A stretch of DNA of 62,426 bases, counting the filler, from Hausera hauseri (Eukaryota), in assembly GCA_046269625.1 (NCBI GenBank). It is 12 parts of 12 records of this genome, joined end to end, with 100 filler letters (N's around TTAATTAATTAA, not from the genome) between each part and the next. Parts side by side here need not be neighbours in the genome. Positions count along the whole stretch, not along the records: positions 58,250 to 62,426 come from JBJURY010718435.1; 11 more parts are not named here. One strand, 5' to 3'. Each line of letters begins with the position of its first letter. Position 1 is the stretch's first letter. The notes beneath the pieces are model-generated. The model made no database searches and had not been told where the DNA came from. It was given only the letters and a program-made list of their open reading frames with translations. The position numbers and the translations under genes were made by a program. Shown here one piece after another: positions 61,955-62,426 of this stretch.

Positions 61955-62426
61955 GATCAGTACTAACCAATTGTATCTATTTACAGTTTATTTGGTGTTA
62001 ATCTTATTTTCAAATTTTCTTTAAACAATATAATTCAATGACTGTTTTATTTCCATTGGATGCATGTATTGTAGAAATAGAATTTTTATAACTGACATAA
62101 TGGGATTTCATCTACGAACTTCCGTTATCTGGTTCTGAAACAAACAGTAGAAAATTCTATCGAGTAAGGCACACAGACTCATGCATACAGCGAGAAATTT
62201 TCTTGACTTTAGTTAGAAAAATTCAGAATACATCTGGTTATGAATGTAAAGTATAAGAAATAAATCTCTAATAATACATTTTAAAAATACAATGAAAATA
62301 ATGTAATGTCGTGTGGAACGAAAATGTTGGTGGCAAGCGCGGATCCACAATGGAACGTTGGGGCGAACGCCCGGAATGAAAAAAAGTAACTGAAAAAAAT
62401 TTTATTACAGAATTAAGAAGTACTGT

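Overview
This window is not one locus. It is 12 short eukaryotic contigs (about 4-7 kb) joined by 11 identical 100-nt artificial linkers (N44-TTAATTAATTAA-N44), so adjacency across linkers means nothing. The best-supported content is an intact, tightly packed Polinton/Maverick (adintovirus-like) gene block at 22583-28466: small membrane ORF, DDE integrase with chromodomain, penton, PZ-type core protein, major capsid, adenain protease, packaging ATPase, pX-like protein and PM-type protein. The block shows a regular regulatory grammar: four TATA-Inr promoters, stop/start-coupled genes, and twin CTCF-like motifs. Degraded Polinton remnants occur on at least three other contigs (two protein-primed PolB pseudogenes, one capsid+protease pair). 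Other content: a 5.6-kb degenerate (TTCG)n array with higher-order duplication behind a ~560-nt conserved head element present in three copies; three LTR-retrotransposon leaders with tRNA primer-binding sites enclosed by long-range stems; host genes with very short introns (MCM2, ALAD 3' end, a C2H2 zinc-finger gene); a KAT8/ACE gene-fragment mosaic; and small mariner/LINE remnants. Most ORFs at 1391-7186 are artefacts of the tetranucleotide repeat. All family assignments come from motif recognition, not database searches.
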